From a virus, in IMG/VR virus record IMGVR_UViG_3300043171_000105: a stretch of DNA of 44,730 nt; one strand, given 5' to 3'. Both the position numbers and the translations under genes were made by a program. This document shows, piece by piece, positions 8,346-17,343 of the stretch. The notes below the pieces were generated by a model. That model was not told where the DNA came from, did no database searches, and saw only the letters and a program-made list of their open reading frames with translations. Each line of letters begins with the position of its first letter. The stretch's first letter is position 1.

Positions 8346-10384
8346 TTAACCCCGACTTCCTCTACGGTATGACAACCGGTGACATCAGGTATGACATCGA
8401 AACGTACCCCAACGCGTTCACCGTGTGGTTCTACCACCCTGGAACACAGCGTAAGTGGTACTTCGAGATCAGCTTCAGACGCAATGATATACAGTCGCTG
8501 TGTCAATTCATGGAAGTGATGGCTGAGCAGCAGTGTCGCATGGTTGGGTACAATAACATCGGGTTCGATTACCCGGTGATGCACTTCATCTATCGGAACA
8601 GGCACTCGTGCATCGGTGTCATCGACATCTACAACAAAGCGATGGCGATCATCGAGGCGCATGGTCCAGCTAAGTTCGCACACATGGTGTGGGAATCTGA
8701 CTGGATCGTACCTCAGATTGATCTGTACAAGATCCATCACTTCGATAACATGTCAAAGGCGACTAGTCTCAAGGTACTTGAGTTCAATATGAGAATGGAT
8801 AGCATCGAAGACTTACCTTTCCCCGTTGGCACCATGCTAACCAGTGAGCAGGTTGACACTCTCGATGAGTACAACTGGCACGATATTGTTGCAACTGATA
8901 TGTTCGCTGATCGCACTGAGAAGCACATCAAACTACGTGAAGGTTTATCAGAACAATTCGGTGTCAACATGATGAACATGAGTGACGTGAAGATGGGTGA
9001 AACTATCCTTGTCACCGAGATGGAGAAACGAGGTATCTCATGCTATGAATACGATGGTAGGAAGAAAATCAAGAAGCAGACGAAACGCGAATCAATCGAC
9101 CTGTCGCAAGTCATGTTCCCGTATGTTAATTTCGAGACATTACCATTCCAACAAATCAAAGCGTACCTGGAGTCAAAAGTCATCACAGAAACCAAGGGTG
9201 TGTTCAAGGGACTCATCGCATCTGTTGATGGACTCGACTACCACTTTGGCACAGGTGGATTACATGCCTCTGTTGAATCACAGGTCATCCACACTGATGA
9301 TCGATACCAACTTGTTGATGTTGATGTTGCTAGTTTTTACCCTAACCTTGGGATTAAGAACAAGCTCTACCCGGCGCATCTAGGTGAGGCATTCTGTGAC
9401 GCGTATCAAGGTGTCTATGAAACACGTATGACTTACCCGAAGAAGACCGCAGAAAATGAAGCATTCAAGCTGGCACTGAACGGTGCCTATGGCGGCAGCA
9501 ACAACGACTACAGCCCGTTCCTCGATTCGTTCTACACCATGTCGATCACCATCAATGGTCAACTGCTGCTATGTATGCTGGTCGAGCAGTTACTGAAGAC
9601 ACCTGGTCTACGCATGATCCAGGCCAATACTGACGGTGTGACTTACCTGTGCCCTCATGAGTATCTTGAACACACTCGATCAGTGTGTCGATGGTGGGAG
9701 CAACTGACAAACCTTGAGCTTGAAGAAGTGTTGTACAGTCGCATGTTCATACGTGATGTGAACAGTTATATTGCCGAGTATAGTGACGGCAAACTCAAAC
9801 GAATCGGAGCGTACGCACATGTCACAGCTGAAGAAGACCCCGGAACCAGAGAGTTGCCGTATCACAAAGATTGGTCAGCACGAGTCGTTGCACTCGCTGC
9901 TGAAGCTGCGCTCGTACGTGGTGTTGATATACGTGAGTTTGTTACTAATCATGATGACATATTCGACTTTTTTCTTCGCACAAAAGTACCACGATCCAGC
10001 ACCCTTGAATGGGGAGGTGAGCAGGTCAGCAACATTGTACGATACTACATCAGCACAGATGGCAAACCACTTGAAAAAGTGATGCCACCGAACGGTGAGC
10101 CAGGTGAGTATAAACGCGCGAACAAGTTGACTGATCAATACTTCAACGAGGTCATGACTGAGATTGGTTTCGGCGTACATGATGAACGCATCCACACTAA
10201 GAACAAATCAACCTACGGTGAGCGTCGCAGTGGTATTAATACAGGATGGGATGTGATGGTGTGTAATAATATTTCTCAGGATGAATGGGTGCAAAGTAAT
10301 TATCACCCGCGTGATTTGAATCATGAATGGTACATTCAACAAACAGAAAAATTAGTGAAACCACTGTTGCAAGGTTCAATGTGA
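8342..10384 (+). CDS. DNA polymerase with family-B-type motifs and a 3'-5' exonuclease domain
   Basis: Exo motifs YDIETYPN, NNIGFDYPV, YNWHDIVATD. Pol motifs DVDVASFYPNL (DxxSLYPS-like), KLALNGAYGG (KxxxNSxYG-like), ANTDGV (DTD-like). ATG 8342 forms an ATGA overlap with the upstream stop; GTG 8324 is an alternative start. Confidence 0.85.
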   Translation: MINPDFLYGMTTGDIRYDIETYPNAFTVWFYHPGTQRKWYFEISFRRNDIQSLCQFMEVMAEQQCRMVGYNNIGFDYPVMHFIYRNRHSCIGVIDIYNKAMAIIEAHGPAKFAHMVWESDWIVPQIDLYKIHHFDNMSKATSLKVLEFNMRMDSIEDLPFPVGTMLTSEQVDTLDEYNWHDIVATDMFADRTEKHIKLREGLSEQFGVNMMNMSDVKMGETILVTEMEKRGISCYEYDGRKKIKKQTKRESIDLSQVMFPYVNFETLPFQQIKAYLESKVITETKGVFKGLIASVDGLDYHFGTGGLHASVESQVIHTDDRYQLVDVDVASFYPNLGIKNKLYPAHLGEAFCDAYQGVYETRMTYPKKTAENEAFKLALNGAYGGSNNDYSPFLDSFYTMSITINGQLLLCMLVEQLLKTPGLRMIQANTDGVTYLCPHEYLEHTRSVCRWWEQLTNLELEEVLYSRMFIRDVNSYIAEYSDGKLKRIGAYAHVTAEEDPGTRELPYHKDWSARVVALAAEAALVRGVDIREFVTNHDDIFDFFLRTKVPRSSTLEWGGEQVSNIVRYYISTDGKPLEKVMPPNGEPGEYKRANKLTDQYFNEVMTEIGFGVHDERIHTKNKSTYGERRSGINTGWDVMVCNNISQDEWVQSNYHPRDLNHEWYIQQTEKLVKPLLQGSM

Positions 10385-10402
10385 TGTGGTACAGTGTGCT
10401 AC

Positions 10403-10609
10403 ATGAACAAACAACAGTGGAAAAAATTCTATAGGACTTTACGTATAGTCCGTCGAGAAGCCTACAAAGTTACTTTAGACATGATGATCTATGGTACGGG
10501 TACGATGATGGTTTCTGATGACGGATCAGATCCTAAACATGTTCCGATTGAAGAAATGCTAATTGATGAGGTGATGAGTGATGAAAGTAAAAAAATGGTT
10601 AACAGTTAA
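10403..10609 (+). CDS. Hypothetical protein (68 aa)
   Basis: ORF track, taking ATG 10403 rather than GTG 10394. Confidence 0.5.
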   Translation: MNKQQWKKFYRTLRIVRREAYKVTLDMMIYGTGTMMVSDDGSDPKHVPIEEMLIDEVMSDESKKMVNS

Positions 10610-10853
10610 TAACAAAGGTGCTTGTCGAGTAACTAAGGCAAAGCCTGGGCTAGATTGGAATGAAGTTGCTATCTTTTTAGAGATAGAGTTACCTGATGCG
10701 TTATTTAATAAGCCGCGACTTGAGGCGAAGATAACCGTACCAGATGAGGCTGCGGTTAGTGATGTAATTGAAAGCGTTGTTGCTGAGAATGTGCAAGAAG
10801 CCATTGAACAGGCAACCGGTCTAACATTCTCCGTTGCCGTTGTACAATCATAA
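10581..10853 (+). CDS. Hypothetical protein (90 aa)
   Basis: GAGGTGA Shine-Dalgarno then ATG 10581. Overlaps the upstream gene by 29 nt. Confidence 0.6.
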   Translation: MKVKKWLTVNNKGACRVTKAKPGLDWNEVAIFLEIELPDALFNKPRLEAKITVPDEAAVSDVIESVVAENVQEAIEQATGLTFSVAVVQS

Positions 10854-10874
10854 CAATCGAATAAGGTAACTATA

Positions 10875-11582
10875 ATGAACAACACAACAGTAAAAATTAA
10901 ATACAGCAACGGTTCAACTCGTGAGTTCGTCGCCAGTGATGAGCTTGAGAAGTCGATCAACAACGGTGAGATGTTTAGCGTCACCACGATGCACAGCGAT
11001 ATGGGTGCCGATGAAGAGGCTGCGCTGTCGAAGATGTATGCAGGCAACCCGATGAATGCGCTGGGTCACATGATGATGATGAAGCGTAACGCTGAGAATA
11101 TGGTCGCAGAAGAACCAGAGATGAGTGTCGCTGTTTCAATATTAACAGCGTGTATATCGCTGCTGAGTAATGAGATCACATCTGATGGTTCGGGGATGTC
11201 AATGCCCTCTTACGAACAGGTTGTGGATAGAGCTGATCGGGAAGATAAAGTTGGAGAAGGTCAATACCGATGTGAGATGTGCCAAGGTGTATTTGATGAA
11301 GGGTGGTCTGACGAAGAAGCACATAAAGAAGCTGATGCTAATGGTCTTGACCCCGCTGAGTGTGGTATTTGTTGTGATGATTGTTATAAGAAAACATCAT
11401 ACTACACACCACCGGACGAGGAAGGTCATAAATGTCCTGCAATCAACGCACCGTGTGAACATTTCGCTGAACCGTGTGACGGGGAACTTGTTTATTGCAC
11501 TCATCCTGATAATTCTGATAAAGATCATGTAGGTAATTGCACCAGTTTTCTCTGCCCTCTCTGTACTAACGGCGGCGGTTAA
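10875..11582 (+). CDS. Hypothetical protein with a Cys-rich, multi-zinc-like C-terminal half
   Basis: 235 aa. CEMC, CGICCDDC, CPAINAPCEHFAEPCDGELVYCTHP, CTSFLCPLC. Confidence 0.7.
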   Translation: MNNTTVKIKYSNGSTREFVASDELEKSINNGEMFSVTTMHSDMGADEEAALSKMYAGNPMNALGHMMMMKRNAENMVAEEPEMSVAVSILTACISLLSNEITSDGSGMSMPSYEQVVDRADREDKVGEGQYRCEMCQGVFDEGWSDEEAHKEADANGLDPAECGICCDDCYKKTSYYTPPDEEGHKCPAINAPCEHFAEPCDGELVYCTHPDNSDKDHVGNCTSFLCPLCTNGGG

Positions 11583-11899
11583 TGGGTGTTCGTGAAAACA
11601 AAGTCGAACGCTACCTTGACACCGAGGTGAAGAAGATCGGGGGAATCACTCGTAAGTGGGTTAGCCCTGGGCGTGATGGTGTGATGGATCAAATCTGCTT
11701 TCTGAACCCTGAGTGGTTTGTCGAGGTTAAAACAACTGACGGGGTTCAGGAACCGCACCAGTATCGTGAAGCTCTACGATTGATAAATACCGGCGCGAGG
11801 GTTGCAATTGTTTATGGCAACAACGGTGTGGATAAATTCATCGAGTGGGTGAAGGTTCGCCGACATGATCAACCGCAGGTTCAGGTGGTGTTTAAGTGA
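11582..11899 (+). CDS. VRR-NUC domain nuclease
   Basis: 105 aa. GVMDQICFL...WFVEVKTTDG...Q fits the D...ExK core of VRR-NUC. Such nucleases are commonly found beside SNF2 helicases in phages. Confidence 0.7.
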   Translation: MGVRENKVERYLDTEVKKIGGITRKWVSPGRDGVMDQICFLNPEWFVEVKTTDGVQEPHQYREALRLINTGARVAIVYGNNGVDKFIEWVKVRRHDQPQVQVVFK

Positions 11900-12351
11900 T
11901 TAAGGTAAATCAGAAAGAAGTAGATCCTAAGACTGGTGACTGTATGAGGGCATCAATAGCCAGCGTGCTAGAAGCTGAATTGGAGGCTGTGCCACATTTA
12001 ACAAGAACAGTTCAAGAAAAGTGGTTCACTGTGATGTATTACTTTTTCATCTCATATGGATTTAAGTATTCTGGTATGTGGTGGCCTACCAATGGTAAGA
12101 GAAAGCTAAGAAAGAGAGACTCAATTGGCGGGTTTTACTTAGCCTCGGTCTACAGCAGGACATATCCGAGAAAGAGAAACATCACTCATCTTGTTGTGAT
12201 GGATTCTAATTGGAATGTTGCGCACGATCCGCATCCTAATAAAAAATGGCAAGATGAAAGCCTATTGAATAACCCAGATCTTGAATCAATTTATAAGTTC
12301 AGAACGATGAACAAAACAGACAAGTGTTATTGGCATTATTTAAATGATTGA
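11896..12351 (+). CDS. Hypothetical protein with a candidate Cys-His-Asp (papain-like peptidase) signature
   Basis: GDCMRASIASVL near the N-terminus, ITHLVVMD and VAHDPHP near the C-terminus. GTG start overlaps the upstream stop. Confidence 0.6.
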   Translation: MIKVNQKEVDPKTGDCMRASIASVLEAELEAVPHLTRTVQEKWFTVMYYFFISYGFKYSGMWWPTNGKRKLRKRDSIGGFYLASVYSRTYPRKRNITHLVVMDSNWNVAHDPHPNKKWQDESLLNNPDLESIYKFRTMNKTDKCYWHYLND

Positions 12352-13840
12352 CCTACTCCACCCGCAACAATTACATGACTATCAGAAGCAGTGCGTGATG
12401 CACATGCTTCAACATGACGACTCAATGCTGTGGCTTTCGATGGGATTAGGTAAAACGCCAGTCACACTTACCACAATCGTTGACAGGATGCGTGCAGGTC
12501 AGGTACAGAAGACACTGGTGTTCGGACCACTACGAGTCATACAGGCTGTGTGGGCACGTGAGGCAAGGAAGTGGAGTCACACTAAGCACCTTCGATTCAG
12601 CGTTGTACACGGCACCAAAGAGAAACGATCACGCGCACTGTTCGCAGATGCTGACGTGTACCTTATCAACTATGAAGCAATGAATTGGCTCGCGGAACAA
12701 CTGGATCACTACTACATCAGCCAGGGTAAGCCACTGCCGTTTCAAATGGTAGTCTATGATGAAGTGTCAAAGCTGAAGAACAGCACCACGCTACGCATGA
12801 AGGGTGGTAACCGTGACCGCAAAGATAAACGTGGTGAGTCATTCAAGATCAACGTCACTGGTTGGCGTAAGATCCTGAACCACTTTAAATATCGAACCGG
12901 CCTCACTGGTACACCTGCATCAAATGGTTACCTGGATCTTCATGGTCAGTTCTTAGCAGTCGATGGTGGTCAACGCCTGGGTGAGTTCATCACTCATTAT
13001 AAAGACAGCTACTTCGTCAGTGATTACAGCGGGTGGAAATACTCACCGACTGAATTAGGCAAACAGTGGATCGAGCACAAGATCAGCGACATCACTGTGA
13101 AGATGGATGCACGCGACTACCTCGATCTACCTGATGTCAAGATGACGAATCTGATGGTTGACCTGCCAGCGGCAGCACGTAAAGCCTATAAAGAAATTGA
13201 GAAGAATATGTTCACTCAGCTCGATAGTGGTAGTGAGGTCGAGGTATTCAGTCGATCATCGGTGTCAAATAAATGTTTACAGTTCTGCAATGGCTCCCCA
13301 TATCTCAGCAGTGAGTCACCGGAGTTTGAAGTCATACATGATGCGAAGCTGGATGCACTGGAAGAGGTGCTGGAAGAAGCCGGGGGATCACCGGTGTTGT
13401 GTAGCTATTCATTCACGGCTGATGCTGACCGTATTATGAAACGGTTTAAAAAATACAAACCTGTGAACTTGACTAAAACAAAATCAACCGATACCGAGGC
13501 AGTTATCAACCGATGGAATAAGGGTGAGATTAAATTGTTAGTCGGTCATCCTGCGTCAATGGGGCATGGGGTTGATGGATTGCAGGACTCAGGTCACATC
13601 GTCGTGTGGTTCGGCATCAACTGGTCACTGGAATTGTACGAGCAGATGTGTGGTCGCATCGACAGACAAGGTCAGACTCACCCTGTATCGATCATCAGGA
13701 TCTTATGCAATGATACAATTGACCTGGCTGTTGCTGATGCTATCGAACGTAAGACCGATGACCAGGAAGGATTGAAAGCAGCATTGCAACGATACCGTGA
13801 TGGTATTACCACTAATGATTTGGAGGTTAATTTTTTCTGA
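12344..13840 (+). CDS. SNF2-family (SF2) helicase / DNA translocase
   Basis: MGLGKT (motif I), VYDEVSKLKN (DExx), LTGTPASNG (III), GHPASMGHGVDGLQ (V), QMCGRIDRQGQ (VI). Confidence 0.85.
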   Translation: MIDLLHPQQLHDYQKQCVMHMLQHDDSMLWLSMGLGKTPVTLTTIVDRMRAGQVQKTLVFGPLRVIQAVWAREARKWSHTKHLRFSVVHGTKEKRSRALFADADVYLINYEAMNWLAEQLDHYYISQGKPLPFQMVVYDEVSKLKNSTTLRMKGGNRDRKDKRGESFKINVTGWRKILNHFKYRTGLTGTPASNGYLDLHGQFLAVDGGQRLGEFITHYKDSYFVSDYSGWKYSPTELGKQWIEHKISDITVKMDARDYLDLPDVKMTNLMVDLPAAARKAYKEIEKNMFTQLDSGSEVEVFSRSSVSNKCLQFCNGSPYLSSESPEFEVIHDAKLDALEEVLEEAGGSPVLCSYSFTADADRIMKRFKKYKPVNLTKTKSTDTEAVINRWNKGEIKLLVGHPASMGHGVDGLQDSGHIVVWFGINWSLELYEQMCGRIDRQGQTHPVSIIRILCNDTIDLAVADAIERKTDDQEGLKAALQRYRDGITTNDLEVNFF

Positions 13841-14433
13841 TGAAAATCGCAATCGTAATACCGTCACCGGATATGGTGCACACTGACTTCGCTCTGAGTC
13901 TCGCACTTATGATGAGCTACACCCAGTCAATCGGTGGTGTCCAGCTGGTCATCATCAACCCTCGGTCAAGTCTCGTGCAGAAGGGTCGATGGGATGGTGT
14001 GAACAATGCACTGAACTGCGACGCAGATAAGATTCTGTTCATCGACAGTGACCAGACCTTCCCTCATGATGCGTTGATCAGACTCATCAACCACGGTAAA
14101 GAAATCATCGGTGCAACTTATCGACTGAGGCAGACTGATGTCGCATACACTGCGCGTGATAAAAAAGGAAGACGGTTGTGTTTTAAAAACCAAACAGGGT
14201 TGCATGAAGTAGCCAGCAACGGTTTAGGTTTTACCCTGATTGATGCTGGCGTATTCAGAGCAGTAGGTGTACCGTGGTTCAACGTAACATTCAAAGCAAC
14301 ATTCGGCATGGGTCGATGGGTCAGTGAAGATGAGCACTTCTTCAAAGCTGCTCATACACATGGTTACACCGTATGGGTGGATGCTGACCTTACTAAAGAG
14401 GTTGGTCACATTGGGACCAAGTGTTATATTTAG
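13840..14433 (+). CDS. GT-A fold glycosyltransferase
   Basis: 197 aa. IAIVIPS start, FIDSDQ (DxD-like), SEDEHFF motif. Last gene of the rightward block. Confidence 0.65.
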   Translation: MKIAIVIPSPDMVHTDFALSLALMMSYTQSIGGVQLVIINPRSSLVQKGRWDGVNNALNCDADKILFIDSDQTFPHDALIRLINHGKEIIGATYRLRQTDVAYTARDKKGRRLCFKNQTGLHEVASNGLGFTLIDAGVFRAVGVPWFNVTFKATFGMGRWVSEDEHFFKAAHTHGYTVWVDADLTKEVGHIGTKCYI

Positions 14434-14591
14434 TGTTTCTTACTCACCGCCACTGCATTATGTTGTGATGCTTTAATAGCACGACCTTGTTCTTCAGCTT
14501 TGGTACGCGCATCTTCGCCGGTGTAACATTTACCATTGTCACCGTATTTATATCCGGACTTACCATCATGTGTGCATTGTTTAACTGGCAT
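14430..14591 (-). CDS. Small conserved-looking ORF (53 aa), absent from the ORF track
   Basis: My own translation: MPVKQCTHDGKSGYKYGDNGKCYTGEDARTKAEEQGRAIKASQHNAVAVSKKH. Overlaps the upstream minus-strand gene by 11 nt and the convergent glycosyltransferase stop by 4 nt. Confidence 0.45.
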   Translation of the reverse strand: MPVKQCTHDGKSGYKYGDNGKCYTGEDARTKAEEQGRAIKASQHNAVAVSKKH

Positions 14592-14919
14592 GATTAAAAG
14601 TCTCAATTATCCAGTTGATGATAGCAACAACACCAACGCCAATAGCACCCCATTTCAGACACCACAGCATGAACCCCTGAACACCTTTACCAACGCGTGC
14701 GGCACCCTGGAAGTCTGTGGTGAGCTGCACAATTACACGGGTACCTTCGACTACTGATGCCACTGATGTAGTCAACGCGGTGATTGCATCAGTGTTTGTC
14801 TGCTGAACTTCGATGAGTTTATCGAACTTCTCAGCATCTCTTTTTTCATGTTGCTCGAACATCTCAACATGCTTATCGAATCTCTCACACAATTGAAATA
14901 ACCTTTCGTTAGTATCCAT
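14581..14919 (-). CDS. Membrane protein (coiled-coil N-terminus, C-terminal TM), lysis-associated
   Basis: FMLWCLKWGAIGVGVVAIINWII hydrophobic segment. Located in the lysis cluster. Confidence 0.6.
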   Translation of the reverse strand: MDTNERLFQLCERFDKHVEMFEQHEKRDAEKFDKLIEVQQTNTDAITALTTSVASVVEGTRVIVQLTTDFQGAARVGKGVQGFMLWCLKWGAIGVGVVAIINWIIETFNHAS

Positions 14920-14936
14920 TTCAAATCCCTTAATGT

Positions 14937-15299
14937 TTAAATTTTCTTAGCCTTGAATACACCTTCAGCAAACCCGCCACCGAAGTAAAACGCAATTATG
15001 GTGAACATAATCTCACCGACATAGAACTCAGACATGACTGCTTTGACTGCATCAATGTCACCGATGCCAGCTAACGTCAAACCGAGCACAAGCATGAATG
15101 AGAAGATGAACGTAGCACCGAACATCAACGCCAGGTATCGCTGTGCGATCTTAAACGGTGCGTAGGCTTGCATCAATTCAGTCTTCGCTTTGGTCTTTGC
15201 TTCGATCATCTCAGTGTCAGATGTATGGAATGAGTCAATCAAATCCATGCCTTTACTGATAACATCCCCGCTACCGAAAATCACGCTTAGTATTCCCAT
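14937..15299 (-). CDS. Holin-like multi-pass membrane protein
   Basis: 120 aa with hydrophobic segments (LALMFGATFIFSFMLVLGLTLAGI, IMFTIIAFYFGGGF), directly downstream of the endolysin gene. Confidence 0.6.
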   Translation of the reverse strand: MGILSVIFGSGDVISKGMDLIDSFHTSDTEMIEAKTKAKTELMQAYAPFKIAQRYLALMFGATFIFSFMLVLGLTLAGIGDIDAVKAVMSEFYVGEIMFTIIAFYFGGGFAEGVFKAKKI

Positions 15300-15326
15300 A
15301 TCAGTACCCTCTAATAAATAATTTAA

Positions 15327-15752
15327 TCATCGCTTATCCCACCTGGCAGGACCAATGGTTCTAGTATCGAAATGTACCCGATTGCTGTACCGACCCATGC
15401 CAAAGCGACCTGAGTATTCCTGCTCAAGATAATCAGCTACACGGTCAGGATCAATCTGCTCATTGGTGAATCGGTTGAACAGCTTGAAGTCAGCAGCACG
15501 ACCATAAATGTGCTGAGTCTTTGACGAGTACGGGACATAATCAGGATTATAATGTTTCTGCACTTTCTCATTGTGCTCCACGCACCGATTGGGACCAGTG
15601 ATCTTAATGCGAGCACTGATACCATCAACACCTTCAAAATGATGTACGCATTTCTGTAGAACTTCAACAAGCTCCACATCAACAGTGTCGAACCCGCAAC
15701 CACATTCACATGCGAATTCTGACCTGCTTAAATTTTTAGTTAAGTCACCCAT
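15327..15752 (-). CDS. Endolysin, peptidase M15 (zinc D-Ala-D-Ala carboxypeptidase-like) family
   Basis: FACECGCG, QHIYGRAADF (Hx6D) and RVHFD motifs. Confidence 0.8.
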   Translation of the reverse strand: MGDLTKNLSRSEFACECGCGFDTVDVELVEVLQKCVHHFEGVDGISARIKITGPNRCVEHNEKVQKHYNPDYVPYSSKTQHIYGRAADFKLFNRFTNEQIDPDRVADYLEQEYSGRFGMGRYSNRVHFDTRTIGPARWDKR

Positions 15753-16006
15753 TATAATTTAAGTAAAAACCCGCAATGGTTAAGTCCTGCTCCTTTTTCG
15801 GTTTTTGGAAATGAGCTAATATGCTCACAAAATATTACTGTTTCTTTTTCAGTTTCATATTCTAATCGCAAGATGCCAAGTGGGTCAGGGAGATCAACCT
15901 CCGGTTTAGCACTTTTCTCGTCGCTTAGAGATAGTCCGGCATAGAAACTGAAGTCTGCCATTACAGTGCAGGGTAGGAATAATAGGATGAATATATATTT
16001 ATACAT
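15752..16006 (-). CDS. Secreted or lipoprotein-like small protein (possible spanin component)
   Basis: N-terminal signal sequence MYKYIFILLFLPCTVMA with a Cys. Sits between the tail fibre and endolysin genes. Confidence 0.5.
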   Translation of the reverse strand: MYKYIFILLFLPCTVMADFSFYAGLSLSDEKSAKPEVDLPDPLGILRLEYETEKETVIFCEHISSFPKTEKGAGLNHCGFLLKL

Positions 16007-17307
16007 TAGTTTACATACTGAATAGTTACCCAGCCTCGGTTAAAAGAGGTGGCGTTGTAGTTTGGATCATCAAAGAGACCACTGGCATCCCTACCTAGTG
16101 TAATATCAGTTCCGTTATTATTTGGCGAGAAGTAGCCACCATTTTGTGTTGCATTACGATAATCTAGATTAGTGTAGAGTGAATTATCATCAGTACGGAT
16201 CATAACATTAATCGCTCGGATATTAGTCATTGTTAATCCATGCGCCACGTTAATTGCTTGGGTGGCATCCATATCCCAGTCGCCAATCTCTATAACTTTT
16301 GTATTTAATCCATTAAAACTTTTACCTACAAACTCGCCAGCAGCATTAACATGGGCATTTGACCCGCCAGCACCATCACCAAAAACAGTACCACCAGTAC
16401 CTTGATAGAAGCCTAAATAAACAGCATTTGCTCCAACATGACCTGATAGAAATAAGTGGTTATTTCCTGCTTTAATATTTAAGGGGGCTGACGATGTTCC
16501 AGTGACATCAACCAACTCTGTAAGGGTCTTGGCATCAAGCGTCTGAGCACCATCTTTCGTAGCACATTCTGCCAGAGCACCCTCTACCTCACCACTGTCA
16601 AAATTACCTGCTGTGTCATTTATCGTAATATCAACAGCTGCATTACTCGGATTAACAGTTGACCATGACGTTGTACCAAGATCATAAGTTCTAACAACAT
16701 TACTGACGTTATTCTTATACATCGCACCATCAATCAATGCGTTACCCTGGTTATCCAAAGTAGGGTCAGAAGATTTAGCACCGAGATATACAGTGATGAA
16801 CTCTTCATTCAACGTCACCACAGTAAGATCACCATCGACATCAAAACCCAGTATCTTATTGATACGATCAGCAGCAGCATCTGAGATAGTGAAATCACCA
16901 TCGACATCAATTGAATCTGATAATCCAAAATGACGAGCCATACCGTCGCGCAACTGTTGAATCAGGAAAGTAATATGATCCATCTGTGCTTCATGTACAT
17001 CAGGAAAGAATCCACCCTGTGATGCGAACTCAGTCAACTGGTTCTCAACACGATTCGATCTGATGTACCACTGGTAATCAGTTGGCAGATTCCCTGCAAC
17101 ACGTGTAATTAGACCACCGGCATCGATACCAATACCCGCAACAGTGTAATCTGTATCGACCGTTAGAATAGTCTGCACACCTGCGTCATCAGTTTCATAC
17201 ACTGACAGCTGAGTTTTATCTTCAACTCTGAATGTGTATGAATACTCAGCTGACGCACCGTTGCCTATATAAGGGCCAGATGTGATATTTGTTGTATTGA
17301 CAGTCAT
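16006..17307 (-). CDS. Tail fibre / receptor-binding protein
   Basis: 433 aa in the T7 gp17 position. The conserved-looking N-terminus (GPYIGNGASAEYSYTF...) is typical of podovirus fibre anchors. Gly/Asn/Thr-rich distal part. Confidence 0.7.
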   Translation of the reverse strand: MTVNTTNITSGPYIGNGASAEYSYTFRVEDKTQLSVYETDDAGVQTILTVDTDYTVAGIGIDAGGLITRVAGNLPTDYQWYIRSNRVENQLTEFASQGGFFPDVHEAQMDHITFLIQQLRDGMARHFGLSDSIDVDGDFTISDAAADRINKILGFDVDGDLTVVTLNEEFITVYLGAKSSDPTLDNQGNALIDGAMYKNNVSNVVRTYDLGTTSWSTVNPSNAAVDITINDTAGNFDSGEVEGALAECATKDGAQTLDAKTLTELVDVTGTSSAPLNIKAGNNHLFLSGHVGANAVYLGFYQGTGGTVFGDGAGGSNAHVNAAGEFVGKSFNGLNTKVIEIGDWDMDATQAINVAHGLTMTNIRAINVMIRTDDNSLYTNLDYRNATQNGGYFSPNNNGTDITLGRDASGLFDDPNYNATSFNRGWVTIQYVN

Positions 17308-17343
17308 CTCATAACCTCAGTGTTCGTTTGTGTGATTCTAGCA

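Noticed and set aside
8021-8740. 239-aa minus-strand ORF, and the similar antisense ORFs 10559-11047 (minus) and 34123-34674 (plus)
   Set aside because: They lie antisense within well-supported genes (polymerase, Cys-rich protein, scaffold) with recognisable motifs. They have odd composition and no ribosome-binding sites.
10578-10609. A7 run in the overlap of 10403-10609 and 10581-10853 as a programmed frameshift site
   Set aside because: The downstream frame is +1, not -1, relative to the upstream ORF, and it has its own strong Shine-Dalgarno and ATG. Independent initiation is the simpler explanation.
16006-17307. A diversity-generating retroelement targeting the fibre, considered because the head genes recall BPP-1
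   Set aside because: There is no reverse transcriptase ORF, and I noticed no template or variable repeat pair near the 3' end of the fibre gene.
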